Shown here: piece after piece, positions 8,885 through 19,562 of the stretch | How positions within the stretch are numbered: position 1 is the first letter of the stretch | How the letters are laid out: the number at the start of each line of letters is the position of its first letter | Source of the DNA: a virus | Direction: 5' to 3' (one strand) | Virus record (IMG/VR): IMGVR_UViG_3300020172_001416 | Location: 34,788-98,787 of that record | Length of the DNA stretch: 64,000 bases | Position numbers and translations under genes: made by a program | Notes under the pieces: model-generated | The model's input: only the letters and a program-made list of their open reading frames with translations | The model's database searches: none | Told to the model about the DNA's origin: nothing

Positions 8885-11800
8885 GAATTGACGTACCATT
8901 TAAGAAGTTACGAACAATCGCACATACCGCAGATATTCACATCCGTCTTTTCAAGCGTCACGAAGAATATCGGGAAGCATTTAATACATTCTACCAGCAA
9001 CTCCGTCAGACAGATTTAACTGACGGGGTTATCCTTGTTGCTGGTGATATACTTCATGCTAAGACGGATATGAGTCCAGAGATGGTGGAACTCGCGTCAG
9101 AATTTCTCCGTAATCTTGCGGACATTGCTCCAACTTTCATCATCGCAGGCAATCACGACCTCAATCTGTCCAATATGAATCGGTTGGATAGTTTGACGCC
9201 GATTATTAAGAATCTGAACCATCCGAATCTCCATTACTTCAAACACTCCGATATCTACCAAGTTGCTGACGTAGATTTCGCAGTATTTTCTATATTAGAT
9301 GACCGTGACCAATGGCCGGTTGTCGAAGATTGTCGTAAGAATGTACGAAAGATTGCATTATACCACGGACCAGTTCACGGCGCACAAACCGATGTCAAGT
9401 ACGTCATCACCAATCGTCACGTAGATGTGACCACATTCGAGGGATATGACGCCGTACTTCTTGGTGATATTCACAAGTATCAAGTATTGCAGGAAAGTAA
9501 TCCCGTCATCGTGTACTCATCGTCGCTTATCCAACAGAACCACGGAGAAACGGTTACTGGTCACGGCTGGTGTCTCTGGAATGTTGAAGAGTGTACACAC
9601 GTATTTAAGGAACTTCCGAACGCATATGGATATTACACACTGGAGTTAGTCGAAGGTAAGATTAACTTTCCAATCGATATGCCGAAGAATGTCCGACTTC
9701 GGTTGTTCACGGGAAACGCTGATACATCACTCATTAAGAAAACGACAGCGGCACTTCGGAAGCGTTACAATGTGATTGAATTGAGCATCAACAAGAATCG
9801 GTTCAATAATTCATCCCCGTCGTATCGTAAAGGAACGCATATCACGACCGATGTAACTAATGTGAACACGCAGAATTCGTTGATTCAAGATTGGATTGAA
9901 CGGAATCACGAAACCGTTGATGATGAATTGATGAAAAAGGTTGTATCCGTCAACAATAAGTTGAACGCCCAAATAAGTCATGAGGACCACTCACGAAATA
10001 TCCATTGGCGTCCGTTGAAGTTCACGTTCTCCAATATGTTCTCGTATGGTGAGAATAACGAGATTGATTTTGAGAATATGCATGGGATTCACGGTATCTT
10101 TGCTCAGAATGCATCTGGGAAGAGTTCATCGATGGATGCTCTTATCTTCTGTCTCTACGACAAGACTCCTCGTGCGTTCCGCGGTGACCATATTATGAAC
10201 AATCGGAAAGATACGTTTGAATGTGAGTTGAAGTTTGAGATTGACCAAGAAACTTATTTCATCCGTCGAACAGGTACACGGAAAAAGACAGGCGATGTCA
10301 AGGTGGACGTTTCGTTCTGGAAGGAACATTCTGATGGAACGCATACTTCGTTGAACGGTGAAGACCGCCGGGATACAAACGCCAATATCCGTAACTATGT
10401 AGGCAGTTATGAGGACTTCGTATTGACCACGTTGAGTAGTCAGACGGCAAACGCCCTATTCATTGACAAGTCACATTCGGAACGGAAGGACTTACTTATC
10501 CAATTTATGGGATTGAATATCTTTGATAAGTTATTTGATACCGCAAACGAGGAGAGTAAGGAAATCTCTGGTGCACTCAAAAAGTTTAAGAAGATTGATT
10601 TCGACCAAACCCTATCGGATACCCAAACCAAGTTAGAAAATGCAAAGGTACAACACGAAATGGTAGAAACTACTATCACGGAAATCAAGGGCGAACGTGA
10701 GGTGTTAGATGGGAAACTTCGTGATTGGCAGACCCAAAAGAAACCCGTCCCGAATATTGAACTAAATTTGGATAAACTGCAACAGAAGTTGGTTGAGACT
10801 AATAAATTAATTACGCAACATACCGAAAGTAGAGCTGACGCCGAAACCAGACTCCAAGAACTTCACTCAACGATTACCGAAAAGACGCAGCAGGTTGTGG
10901 ATGCGAACGTCCCAGAACTTCGTCAATCGGTAGAAGAATATAACAGATTGTCTGCTTTATTCAATAAGGGGACTGCCGCATTAAAGCTGACTACATCAAA
11001 GGTAACGGAGAAGGAAAAGTTCAAGACCAAGTTGGAAAGTTACAAGTATAATCCAGATTGTAATGTCTGCGTAGAAAACAACAAGTCTATCATTGAAGAT
11101 ATGGAGTCTGTCACTCACGAACTTGTTGACTTGTATGAACTTCAGACTAAACAAGAAGATGCAGTAAACGAAATCAAACAGCAGATGGAACCGTTGGTCG
11201 ATAAGGTTAATCTCTGTGCATACTACGAGAAGATACAGAGTGAAGTCCAACAACTCCAGAAGAAGGCAAGTGGATTAGAACTGGATATTCAGAAGTTGAT
11301 TACCAGTATTGAAAAGTGTGACCGTAATCGGGAACAGATTGAGAAGGACATTGAATTACATAAGGTGAACGAAGAAAACATCAAGCACAACAAGACGGTT
11401 GACGAACATATCAGTCACGTTGAATACGATATTAGTGTCAACAAAAAGACGATGGACAAGTTGGAGAAGCAACTTCGGGAACTTCACGGTGAAATTAAGG
11501 TATTAGAGGCTACTAAAACTGATATCCTTAACCAAATCAAGGAAGCAGAAGAACTTGAAGATACTTACGAAGCCTACAAGTATTATATGGAAGCCGTGGG
11601 TCGTGACGGGGTACCATACGAACTGATGTCACGGGCAATCCCGGCGATTGAGTCTGAAATAAATAATATTTTAACACAGATTGTCGAGTTCACCATTTCT
11701 CTCGAAGTGGATGGGAAGAACATTCTTGGGAAGCTTAACTACGACCACGAACGTATTTGGCCGTTGGAAAACTCGTCGGGTATGGAACGATTCATCAGCA

Positions 11801-12045
11801 GTCTCGCCATTCGGGTGGCTCTGTTAAACGCATCCAATCTCCCAAAACCGAACTTTATGATTATTGACGAAGGATTGGGAACACTTGACCCAGAAAACCT
11901 CAGTGCGATGGGAACAATGATGGGTATCCTAAAGTCACAATTCGATTTCCTTATCCTCATCAGTCACTTGGATACCGCTCGGGATATGGTGGATAAGGTA
12001 ATTGAAATCAAACGGGAGGACGGTTTCTCGTATATTAATGTCTAA
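8881..12045 (+). CDS. Fused Mre11/SbcD nuclease and Rad50/SbcC ATPase (T4 gp47+gp46-like)
   Basis: Phosphoesterase motifs ADIH, AGDILH, GNHD and LGDIH; Walker A AQNASGKSS; coiled coil with CNVC zinc hook; signature SSGME; Walker B/D-loop IIDEGLGTLD; H-loop ISH. Confidence 0.9.
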   Translation: MRIDVPFKKLRTIAHTADIHIRLFKRHEEYREAFNTFYQQLRQTDLTDGVILVAGDILHAKTDMSPEMVELASEFLRNLADIAPTFIIAGNHDLNLSNMNRLDSLTPIIKNLNHPNLHYFKHSDIYQVADVDFAVFSILDDRDQWPVVEDCRKNVRKIALYHGPVHGAQTDVKYVITNRHVDVTTFEGYDAVLLGDIHKYQVLQESNPVIVYSSSLIQQNHGETVTGHGWCLWNVEECTHVFKELPNAYGYYTLELVEGKINFPIDMPKNVRLRLFTGNADTSLIKKTTAALRKRYNVIELSINKNRFNNSSPSYRKGTHITTDVTNVNTQNSLIQDWIERNHETVDDELMKKVVSVNNKLNAQISHEDHSRNIHWRPLKFTFSNMFSYGENNEIDFENMHGIHGIFAQNASGKSSSMDALIFCLYDKTPRAFRGDHIMNNRKDTFECELKFEIDQETYFIRRTGTRKKTGDVKVDVSFWKEHSDGTHTSLNGEDRRDTNANIRNYVGSYEDFVLTTLSSQTANALFIDKSHSERKDLLIQFMGLNIFDKLFDTANEESKEISGALKKFKKIDFDQTLSDTQTKLENAKVQHEMVETTITEIKGEREVLDGKLRDWQTQKKPVPNIELNLDKLQQKLVETNKLITQHTESRADAETRLQELHSTITEKTQQVVDANVPELRQSVEEYNRLSALFNKGTAALKLTTSKVTEKEKFKTKLESYKYNPDCNVCVENNKSIIEDMESVTHELVDLYELQTKQEDAVNEIKQQMEPLVDKVNLCAYYEKIQSEVQQLQKKASGLELDIQKLITSIEKCDRNREQIEKDIELHKVNEENIKHNKTVDEHISHVEYDISVNKKTMDKLEKQLRELHGEIKVLEATKTDILNQIKEAEELEDTYEAYKYYMEAVGRDGVPYELMSRAIPAIESEINNILTQIVEFTISLEVDGKNILGKLNYDHERIWPLENSSGMERFISSLAIRVALLNASNLPKPNFMIIDEGLGTLDPENLSAMGTMMGILKSQFDFLILISHLDTARDMVDKVIEIKREDGFSYINV

Positions 12046-12050
12046 ATATA

Positions 12051-12059
12051 CTATTTATA
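12051..12059 (+). promoter_or_regulatory. Putative late promoter motif CTATTTATA
   Basis: Recurring motif about 23 nt upstream of the ATG at 12082. Confidence 0.5.
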
Positions 12060-12081
12060 TTGAGACTCTAGCCAGAAACCT

Positions 12082-13890
12082 ATGCCAAAGACTAGAAAGA
12101 CGTTACAATTAAAAAACTTAGCAAAATACGATGTGTTGGTTGAAGATAGGTCAGCCACCTCATCGTATTTTCAAGTAAACCTACCGCAGACTTTTAGTGG
12201 TGGTAGAAATTCGTTTTTATTAGCGGGTTCTCCATTTCTAAAAGCTGGGTCTAGTATTCAAATAGAAATTTTGGATGCGAAAGGACAAACTATATTTCAG
12301 AACCCAGTTCAAAAGTATATACAAGGCAATTCCAGATTGATATCTGTAGAAATTACAGAAAAAACAGCTCCTGGATTTGCTACAGTTATTATTATGGGAA
12401 TAGCCTCTAAGTTGACAACCGGAGAAGCTATACCTTCTAACTGGGAAAAGTCGTATAATGTTCGCTGGTCAACTAGAATTTTGGTTGAACCCAACGCGAG
12501 AAACACTTCCCCACTTGTATTTTTAAATACACCAGTTGTGTTTTCGGAAGAAAAGAGGTTGTATAGTGTGGCAACCTCGTCGTATGTATCCGCGAGTACG
12601 CAGTTCACGGCAAGCTTAACTCCGGTAAAATATTCTAGTTTTCAAATTGGTTATTTGATTAAGGCAGAAGCACCTACGTCATTTTCCGCAGACTATATTG
12701 GCGGGTACATCACGGGGTCGTTGTTGATAAACGGGGTAAGCGCAAGCTTGTATGTACCCATCAATGAAATTTTAAACGATACGACGGCGTTTAGTACAGG
12801 TGAACTTATCAAAACCTCAAACGGTGAAGTTATAGAATCACTATATTTGACAAGTGGTAGCTACTCATCATCAATATTAGGAGCATCGGTGAAAGTGTCA
12901 TCGTCTGCCAAGTTGGTATATAGTAAACTAAGTACCACCGAAGTGAACATACCAATTTCATACGCCAAGCTAAGAATTATTAATCTTAATACGGTTAGTG
13001 GCGAACCATTCAAGTTTAAAGTATCAAGTAGAGTTTCAACGAACATATCCGATTATAAATTCGTTGCAGATACTCCAGTAACTACTAATGATTTATTAGT
13101 AACCAGTTCGATTCGTGGTGATTTATCTATCGGAGACTTTTATACAACACCAACGGCATCAAAAAACTGGTATGCGGATTCGCTACTATCCAGTAGTAAT
13201 CCGATATACACAGTGTCGGGGTCAAAACCGTATTATAATTCATCACTTACGTCTACACCTTTCACACTATCTGTAACTGATGATGTGTTACTACGGTCAA
13301 TTCGGGCAGATGTTCCAACATATAATGACCAAGTATTTTCCGGAAGTGTGTCTGCTAGCGGATATTTTATTGGAAATAAAGAATCTATTACATTATTCCC
13401 AACAACAGAATATACTCTCCAACTTGATGCATTTTACAAAAATTATTCAGGATCAGTAAATTTAACTGGTGTAGACCCGAAGATAGATATTTATATGGTA
13501 GGAGTTAATAACACACTGGTTATTGATAATAATCCACTAGGACAAAAAATAGGTACATTATCTGTAGTAACTGGAGCGGCGTCTCAACGATTCCAACAAA
13601 AACAATTTAACTTCACGCCGGCTATTTCCATAGGAAGTTCGGTTGGTATTCGGTTTGTAGTAAGTAATGGATTTTGGTATTTGTCTAATATTTCATTAAA
13701 ACCAGCCTCAGATAAGTTATTTTCTCCAGATGAAGCACAAGTATTAGTACCAAATACTGAATATTTTAATGAGTTATTAGAGCATAAAGTAGAATTCTTT
13801 GATATTAACAATAATTCAACAGATGTCGCTGTTTCTTCGATACCAACTTTCTTTACTGGTTCGAATATCGACTTGGGTACTCTTCCATGA
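12082..13890 (+). CDS. Probable virion structural protein
   Basis: 602 aa, S/T-rich with repeated TGS/SAS motifs like the other structural ORFs; preceded by the late motif. Confidence 0.45.
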   Translation: MPKTRKTLQLKNLAKYDVLVEDRSATSSYFQVNLPQTFSGGRNSFLLAGSPFLKAGSSIQIEILDAKGQTIFQNPVQKYIQGNSRLISVEITEKTAPGFATVIIMGIASKLTTGEAIPSNWEKSYNVRWSTRILVEPNARNTSPLVFLNTPVVFSEEKRLYSVATSSYVSASTQFTASLTPVKYSSFQIGYLIKAEAPTSFSADYIGGYITGSLLINGVSASLYVPINEILNDTTAFSTGELIKTSNGEVIESLYLTSGSYSSSILGASVKVSSSAKLVYSKLSTTEVNIPISYAKLRIINLNTVSGEPFKFKVSSRVSTNISDYKFVADTPVTTNDLLVTSSIRGDLSIGDFYTTPTASKNWYADSLLSSSNPIYTVSGSKPYYNSSLTSTPFTLSVTDDVLLRSIRADVPTYNDQVFSGSVSASGYFIGNKESITLFPTTEYTLQLDAFYKNYSGSVNLTGVDPKIDIYMVGVNNTLVIDNNPLGQKIGTLSVVTGAASQRFQQKQFNFTPAISIGSSVGIRFVVSNGFWYLSNISLKPASDKLFSPDEAQVLVPNTEYFNELLEHKVEFFDINNNSTDVAVSSIPTFFTGSNIDLGTLP

Positions 13891-16700
13891 AATCAGCAAT
13901 AGATATTTTATTTGAACAAGCTCAATCTGAACAGTTTCATATAAACGAGTTCAATCGGATGCTTCATGCGTTAGATGAAAAGAAACGAAAGAAGTGTACC
14001 ATCTATCCGACTGATTCTGGAAATCAAATACGTAAAAAGTGTAAGCAAGCCAAGGTGTGGGGATTACACTACGCTCCGGTTTGGGATAAGTATATGAAGG
14101 ACAACCCGCCTGCAGAAATTCCAACAAGTACAGATGGTGGAGTAGACGCAGGGGATGCTGGAGACGCCGGAGATGCAGCAGGCGGAGACGGAGCCGGAGT
14201 TGGTGAAATGAAAGGTCTAGCTGGGTCAAAATTCACATATCCGATGTCAAGCGGTCCAGACGATGACTATCAACTTAAACCAAAAAACGAAGCAGGTTCC
14301 AGCACAGAACGTGTTCGTCGGTATTATCGCCGTCATCCAGAAAAAGTTCGTGCATATCTAAAAAAGACACAAGATGATCGTGTTGCTCGTAATCGTGACA
14401 GACGTAAGGCAGTTAAAAAACACGGCAAAGCTAAGATGAAAAATCACGATGTGCATCATCCAAACGGTGCACAAAATGGTAATTGGAAATTAGCAAAGAA
14501 AGACCACGGCCGGGATAAGAAGAACGAAAATATTGAATACGTCTATCTGTCAGAATTAGCAGAGGGGCTTGTACCAAATGGTAGTTGGACACTCATTTAC
14601 GAAGGTGGTGCCGCAGGACATATGGCGCACCCATACGAAGATGATTCACTTTCATTTACAGACGTAAAAGATATGGTTACCCGTGGATTGGTTGGTGATT
14701 TGGGAGCAGAAGAACCCGTCACTGAAAAACTTGACGGTCAAAATATTATGTTCACCGTGCGCGACGGTCGTGTTTATTTCGCTCGTAATAAGGGACAAGT
14801 CAAGAACAAAGGTAAGAACGCATTAGATACCGCCGGCATTCGTCAAATGTTTGCTGGCCGTGGGGATATTGAAAAGGCATTTACTGGGGCAGCAGAAGAT
14901 TTACAAAGTGCAATTGATGCACTCCCAGAAGATGAACGAAGTAAGATGTTTGCCGACGGGTCGAAGTTTATGAATGTTGAAATCGTTTTTCCAGACACTA
15001 AGAATGTTATCCCGTATGACAAGTCAGTATTGGTGTTTCACGGAACCGTTGAATATGACGACGAAGGTAACGAAATCAAGCGGTCAGTCGAAGATGGCCG
15101 TGAATTATCTGACCAACTTACTAAGGTTAATGCGCAAAAGCAAAAAACATTTGGTATCTCTGGTCCAAAGACAATCAGTTTCAGCGATGCACAGACAGTA
15201 GAAAATAAAAATGCATTGAAGAAAATCGGTGCACGTATTTCTCAATTACAGAAAGAATATGGATTGGACGATAAGTCCACTATTGAAGATTATAAGACAA
15301 AGTGGTGGGAAGATAAACTTATTCAAATTTCCCAAGAAAATGGTTTGGAATTTACTAAACAAGAATTTGAAGGTATGACTCGTCGCTGGGCATTGGGTGA
15401 TAAGAAGTTCAAAGTCTCCGACATTGAAGACCCAGAAAAGAAAAAGTGGTTCCGTCAATTTGAAGGAAGTGAATTAAAAGCCGCACAACGCGAAGCAGTA
15501 CGTCCGCTGGAAAGTGTATTCTTGCAAGTGGGTGCTATGTCACTTAAGCGGGTTACTGATTTCTTATCAGCAAATAATCCAGAACTTGCGAAGAAGTTGA
15601 AGGCAGAAGTGTTAGATACAATTAAGCAAATTCAGCAAACGGGTGATGCAAACAAATTAGCTGCGTTACAAATTCAATTGGAACGCTTGCAAGATATCGG
15701 AATGGATAATATTGTTCCAACCGAAGGTATGGTCTTTATGTACAAGGGCAAGCCATACAAGTTCACCGGAACATTCGCTCCAGTAAATCAAATTTTAGGT
15801 ACGTTGAAGTTTGATAAGGGCGAAGCAAAGTTAGTTGATGAACCAAAAGAAACACCAAAAACAGAACCAACCACAAAACCAGCTCAAGGGGAACAACGTA
15901 CTGTCGCTATCTTTACCGGACGTTTCCAACCATTCCACGCTGGTCACTATAGTATCTACAAGTCAATGGTGGATAAGTTTGGTAAGGAAAACGTATACAT
16001 CGCAACAAGTGACAAGACCGAAGCTGGGAAGTCTCCATTCAGATTCAACGATAAGAAGCAGATTATGACCCAGATGTTTGATATTCCAGAAGATATGGTG
16101 GTTCAAGTCAAGAATCCATACGCACCAAAAGAAATTCTTGAAAAATTACCACCAGAAACCGTATACGTTACTGCCGTCAGTCAAAAGGACGCGGAGCGTT
16201 TAGGTGGAAAGTATTTCCAACCATACGATGAAAAGGGTCCAAAGAAAGGATTTGCCGACCAAGGATATTTTATGGTCGCTCCAGAATTGAAGGTTGATAT
16301 TGATGGGAAGAATATTAGTGGAACACAACTTCGAGCAATTTTTGGTAATCCAAATATCACCGATGAAGTCAAGCAAGAAATCTTCGCAAAGGTATACGGT
16401 AAGTTTGACCAAGATATCTTCGATAAGGTTATAAAAACCACAACCAAATCAGAAGAAGAATTGAAAATTACCAACAAGTTTACAGAACCAACAAAAGGAA
16501 AAGTAATGCCGGTAACTCCAGCACAAAAGCAACCAAAGGACAAGCCAAATGTAGATACTAATACAAGTAATGACGCATCTCAATACCAACCAGGCGAAAC
16601 GTGGCAAACCGCCGGTGGTAACTTTGGCGGTAAAAATAAGAAGGGTCAAATTAAGTACTTCGGTACAGAAGACAAGGCACAGATATTCGCAACCAAGTGA
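13887..16700 (+). CDS. Multidomain protein: HNH-like segment + ligase-type (KxDG) nucleotidyltransferase + HxGH cytidylyltransferase-like domain
   Basis: HDVHHPN..N.N; GHMAHP...TEKLDGQN, NVEIV, EGMVF, YKFTG; FTGRFQPFHAGH and ISGTQLR. Confidence 0.65.
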   Translation: MKSAIDILFEQAQSEQFHINEFNRMLHALDEKKRKKCTIYPTDSGNQIRKKCKQAKVWGLHYAPVWDKYMKDNPPAEIPTSTDGGVDAGDAGDAGDAAGGDGAGVGEMKGLAGSKFTYPMSSGPDDDYQLKPKNEAGSSTERVRRYYRRHPEKVRAYLKKTQDDRVARNRDRRKAVKKHGKAKMKNHDVHHPNGAQNGNWKLAKKDHGRDKKNENIEYVYLSELAEGLVPNGSWTLIYEGGAAGHMAHPYEDDSLSFTDVKDMVTRGLVGDLGAEEPVTEKLDGQNIMFTVRDGRVYFARNKGQVKNKGKNALDTAGIRQMFAGRGDIEKAFTGAAEDLQSAIDALPEDERSKMFADGSKFMNVEIVFPDTKNVIPYDKSVLVFHGTVEYDDEGNEIKRSVEDGRELSDQLTKVNAQKQKTFGISGPKTISFSDAQTVENKNALKKIGARISQLQKEYGLDDKSTIEDYKTKWWEDKLIQISQENGLEFTKQEFEGMTRRWALGDKKFKVSDIEDPEKKKWFRQFEGSELKAAQREAVRPLESVFLQVGAMSLKRVTDFLSANNPELAKKLKAEVLDTIKQIQQTGDANKLAALQIQLERLQDIGMDNIVPTEGMVFMYKGKPYKFTGTFAPVNQILGTLKFDKGEAKLVDEPKETPKTEPTTKPAQGEQRTVAIFTGRFQPFHAGHYSIYKSMVDKFGKENVYIATSDKTEAGKSPFRFNDKKQIMTQMFDIPEDMVVQVKNPYAPKEILEKLPPETVYVTAVSQKDAERLGGKYFQPYDEKGPKKGFADQGYFMVAPELKVDIDGKNISGTQLRAIFGNPNITDEVKQEIFAKVYGKFDQDIFDKVIKTTTKSEEELKITNKFTEPTKGKVMPVTPAQKQPKDKPNVDTNTSNDASQYQPGETWQTAGGNFGGKNKKGQIKYFGTEDKAQIFATK

Positions 16701-16706
16701 GGTTAT

Positions 16707-17345
16707 ATGTTTAAAAATGAAGAAGCATTAAATGATGTTCGTAGAAAAGTTGCAGAAAAAATGAAGAAGGATGGTGACAAGTTAATATTTGGATGGCGAG
16801 GAGAGCCAGAACCCACTAGAAAGGAAGGCGATGAGTGGGTAGATGTTAATGGAAAGAAATGGACAATCAAGGGTGGTATCCGCCAATCCGTTACAAAGTT
16901 GGATTCTGCAAAGACTCCCTATTGGTGTCCAAAGTGCAGTAAGCCAATGAATCATAGATTTGATATTAAATTTTGGAGAATCCGTGGTCATTGCTTTGAT
17001 TGTAACATTAAAGCTGAAACGGAACTTCGTCGTCAAGGAAAATGGCAAGAATTTGAACACAAGACATTACTGAGAAATTACATAGCTAAACTCAGAGACA
17101 CTATTGCAGAACTTCAAGACTATCACGATACCGTCACCAAACCAGAATTCGTGAACGCTGACGAAACAAAAATTTTGATGATTGAAAAGTGGGACGTTGA
17201 TATTGAAAAAGTAAAGTCTGACCTTCGGGCAGATATTGCGAATTTGCAAAAAATGTTAGATGATACAATTACAGAATTTGGTACTGGAGAAGATAATGAA
17301 ACGAAAAACGAAGTCGTTACTGGAACGGACGAAGTTAATAGCTGA
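16707..17345 (+). CDS. Hypothetical protein with a CxxC...CxxC zinc ribbon
   Basis: CPKC and CFDC motifs; SD GAGGT. Confidence 0.6.
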   Translation: MFKNEEALNDVRRKVAEKMKKDGDKLIFGWRGEPEPTRKEGDEWVDVNGKKWTIKGGIRQSVTKLDSAKTPYWCPKCSKPMNHRFDIKFWRIRGHCFDCNIKAETELRRQGKWQEFEHKTLLRNYIAKLRDTIAELQDYHDTVTKPEFVNADETKILMIEKWDVDIEKVKSDLRADIANLQKMLDDTITEFGTGEDNETKNEVVTGTDEVNS

Positions 17346-17964
17346 AACTATCACGGCGGTACTGCCACTCGCTAAAATTGCATTAGTAGCGGCCGGTGTA
17401 TTGTCATTAGTAATGATGTTCAAGGTTAATAAGACCGAAGATGAAATGGACAAATATATTGCCGAATACAAGGTATTTCAAGCAAAGGCTGAACAAGCGA
17501 CAGAACTAGCCGATAGTTTGTCACAAGAAATTGTTATTGCCGACAATGAGTCCCGAGCAGCTGAAGGTCGTGCCAAAGTATTAAGTCGTCAAGTCAGTGT
17601 ACTACAGAACGAAACATTAAGTATGGAAGAACGGGCGGAAGTGATGAAAGAAACATTACTTGACACGTTAGAATTAGCTCGTCAAATCTTACCACTTAAA
17701 GATTCTATTATCGCAAAACAAAAAGAAACCATTGCCACACAAGGTACCCAAGTAACAGAACTTGAAGGTGCATTGTTAAGCAAAGATAATGCATTGCGTA
17801 TGGCGATGATGCGGGGTGATAGTCTCCAAGCAGTTATCAATCTTATCCCACCTGCCCCAAAGAATCCTAACCGTATGTTTGGAATCAAGTTACCAAGTCG
17901 AAAGGCATCCTTTGCGGTTGGATTAGCAATGGGTATCGGAGCAGGAGTCCTTGTAATCAAGTAG
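17296..17964 (+). CDS. Coiled-coil membrane protein (spanin-like candidate)
   Basis: Start reassigned to ATG 17296 after GGAG. Hydrophobic N-terminal segment, long coiled coil, Pro-rich linker and hydrophobic C-terminus. Confidence 0.45.
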   Translation: MKRKTKSLLERTKLIAETITAVLPLAKIALVAAGVLSLVMMFKVNKTEDEMDKYIAEYKVFQAKAEQATELADSLSQEIVIADNESRAAEGRAKVLSRQVSVLQNETLSMEERAEVMKETLLDTLELARQILPLKDSIIAKQKETIATQGTQVTELEGALLSKDNALRMAMMRGDSLQAVINLIPPAPKNPNRMFGIKLPSRKASFAVGLAMGIGAGVLVIK

Positions 17965-17971
17965 AGGTTTT

Positions 17972-19555
17972 ATGAACGCGACAGCACAACAGTTACGTGA
18001 AAAAATTAAAGAAGAATTTAAGAAATGTGCAGTAGACCCCGCATACTTCTTATCACGATACTCATACATTCAACACCCGATTCGTGGTCGGGTGTTGTTT
18101 GATTTATACAAATATCAAGAAAACGCATTAACTGACTTTGAACAGAATGATTATAATATCGTTCTCAAAGGTCGTCAGATTGGTATTTCCACGTTAGTCG
18201 CGGGATACTCTCTGTGGTTAATGTTATTTCACAAAGATAAAAATATCCTCGTTATCGCAACCAAACAAGAAACCGCAAAGAACTTGGTCACTAAGGTAAA
18301 GTTCATGCATCAAAATCTTCCAGTTTGGTTACGGGGACAGGTCACGACAGATAATAAACTTTCTTTACAATTCTCCAACGGGTCACAGATTAAGGCAGTT
18401 GCGTCAAGTCCAGATGCAGGTCGTTCTGAAGCACTTTCTCTGTTGATTCTGGACGAATGTGCGTTCATCGATGACGCAGATATCATCTGGACCGCAGCAT
18501 CCAGTACGTTATCTACGGGTGGTAAAGCAATCCTATTATCCACTCCAAACGGCGTTGGTAACTTCTTCCATAAGATGTGGCAGCAAGCAGAGGCCAAGAC
18601 CAACGGATTTAATACTATATTATTAGATTGGAGAGTTCATCCAGAACGTGACCAAGCATGGCGTGACCGTCAGACAGAATTGATGGGCGAAATGCAATCG
18701 GCACAAGAACACGATGCATCATTCATTTTTTCGGGTAATACTGTAGTTCCGCCGGAAATCCTTGAATTCTATAAAAAGACGTATGTTCAAGAGCCGATGG
18801 AAAAGACAGGGTTTGATGGAAACTTCTGGATTTGGGAATATCCACATCCATCCAAGTCATATATTGTCGCCGCTGACGTTTCCCGCGGCGACGGCGAGGA
18901 CTATTCAACCTTTCACGTAATTGATGTAGAATCGTCCACCCAAGTTGCGGAATATAAGGGGAAAATTGAAACGAAGGCATTCGGAAATATGTTGGTGTCA
19001 ATTGCCACGCAATATAATGACGCCCTCCTTATTCCGGACAACAGTAGTATTGGGTGGAACGCTATCCAGCAAATTATCGACCGTGGGTACAAAAATCTCT
19101 TTTATATGTCCAGAGATTTACAATATGTGGACGTAGAACACCAAATATCTGGAAAATATTATAAAGAAGAAAAGAGCATGGTACCTGGATTTATGATTTC
19201 GCAACGGACTCGTCCATTGATTATCGCCAGATTAAAGGAATATATGTTGGAAACCTCATTCACCATTCGTTCCCCACGTATGATTGCAGAACTGGAAACG
19301 TTTATTTGGAAGAATGGTCGGCCGGAAGCGTTGTCGGGGTACAACGACGACTTAGTGTTAGCGCTTTGTATCGGATTATGGGTACGTGACACCGCTCTCA
19401 GATTACGTCAAGAAGGGATAGAGTTGACCAAAATAGCGATTGATAAAGCAAAATATCAACTCGGAACCATGGTGTATAGTTCCAATAATATGAACCAGAA
19501 CCCGTATGAGATGCAAATTGGTCAAGAAAAGGAAAATTTACGGTGGTTACTATAA
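17972..19555 (+). CDS. terL: Terminase large subunit (T4 gp17-like)
   Basis: LYKYQ Q-motif, KGRQIGIST Walker A, LILDE Walker B, LSTPNG coupling motif, nuclease motifs ADVSRGDGEDYS and NDDLV. Confidence 0.93.
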   Translation: MNATAQQLREKIKEEFKKCAVDPAYFLSRYSYIQHPIRGRVLFDLYKYQENALTDFEQNDYNIVLKGRQIGISTLVAGYSLWLMLFHKDKNILVIATKQETAKNLVTKVKFMHQNLPVWLRGQVTTDNKLSLQFSNGSQIKAVASSPDAGRSEALSLLILDECAFIDDADIIWTAASSTLSTGGKAILLSTPNGVGNFFHKMWQQAEAKTNGFNTILLDWRVHPERDQAWRDRQTELMGEMQSAQEHDASFIFSGNTVVPPEILEFYKKTYVQEPMEKTGFDGNFWIWEYPHPSKSYIVAADVSRGDGEDYSTFHVIDVESSTQVAEYKGKIETKAFGNMLVSIATQYNDALLIPDNSSIGWNAIQQIIDRGYKNLFYMSRDLQYVDVEHQISGKYYKEEKSMVPGFMISQRTRPLIIARLKEYMLETSFTIRSPRMIAELETFIWKNGRPEALSGYNDDLVLALCIGLWVRDTALRLRQEGIELTKIAIDKAKYQLGTMVYSSNNMNQNPYEMQIGQEKENLRWLL

Positions 19556-19562
19556 TTGTCTT

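Noticed and set aside
14300-14530. Mobile HNH homing endonuclease
   Set aside because: The HNH-like segment is short, incomplete and fused in frame within a larger protein, with no intron or insertion boundaries.
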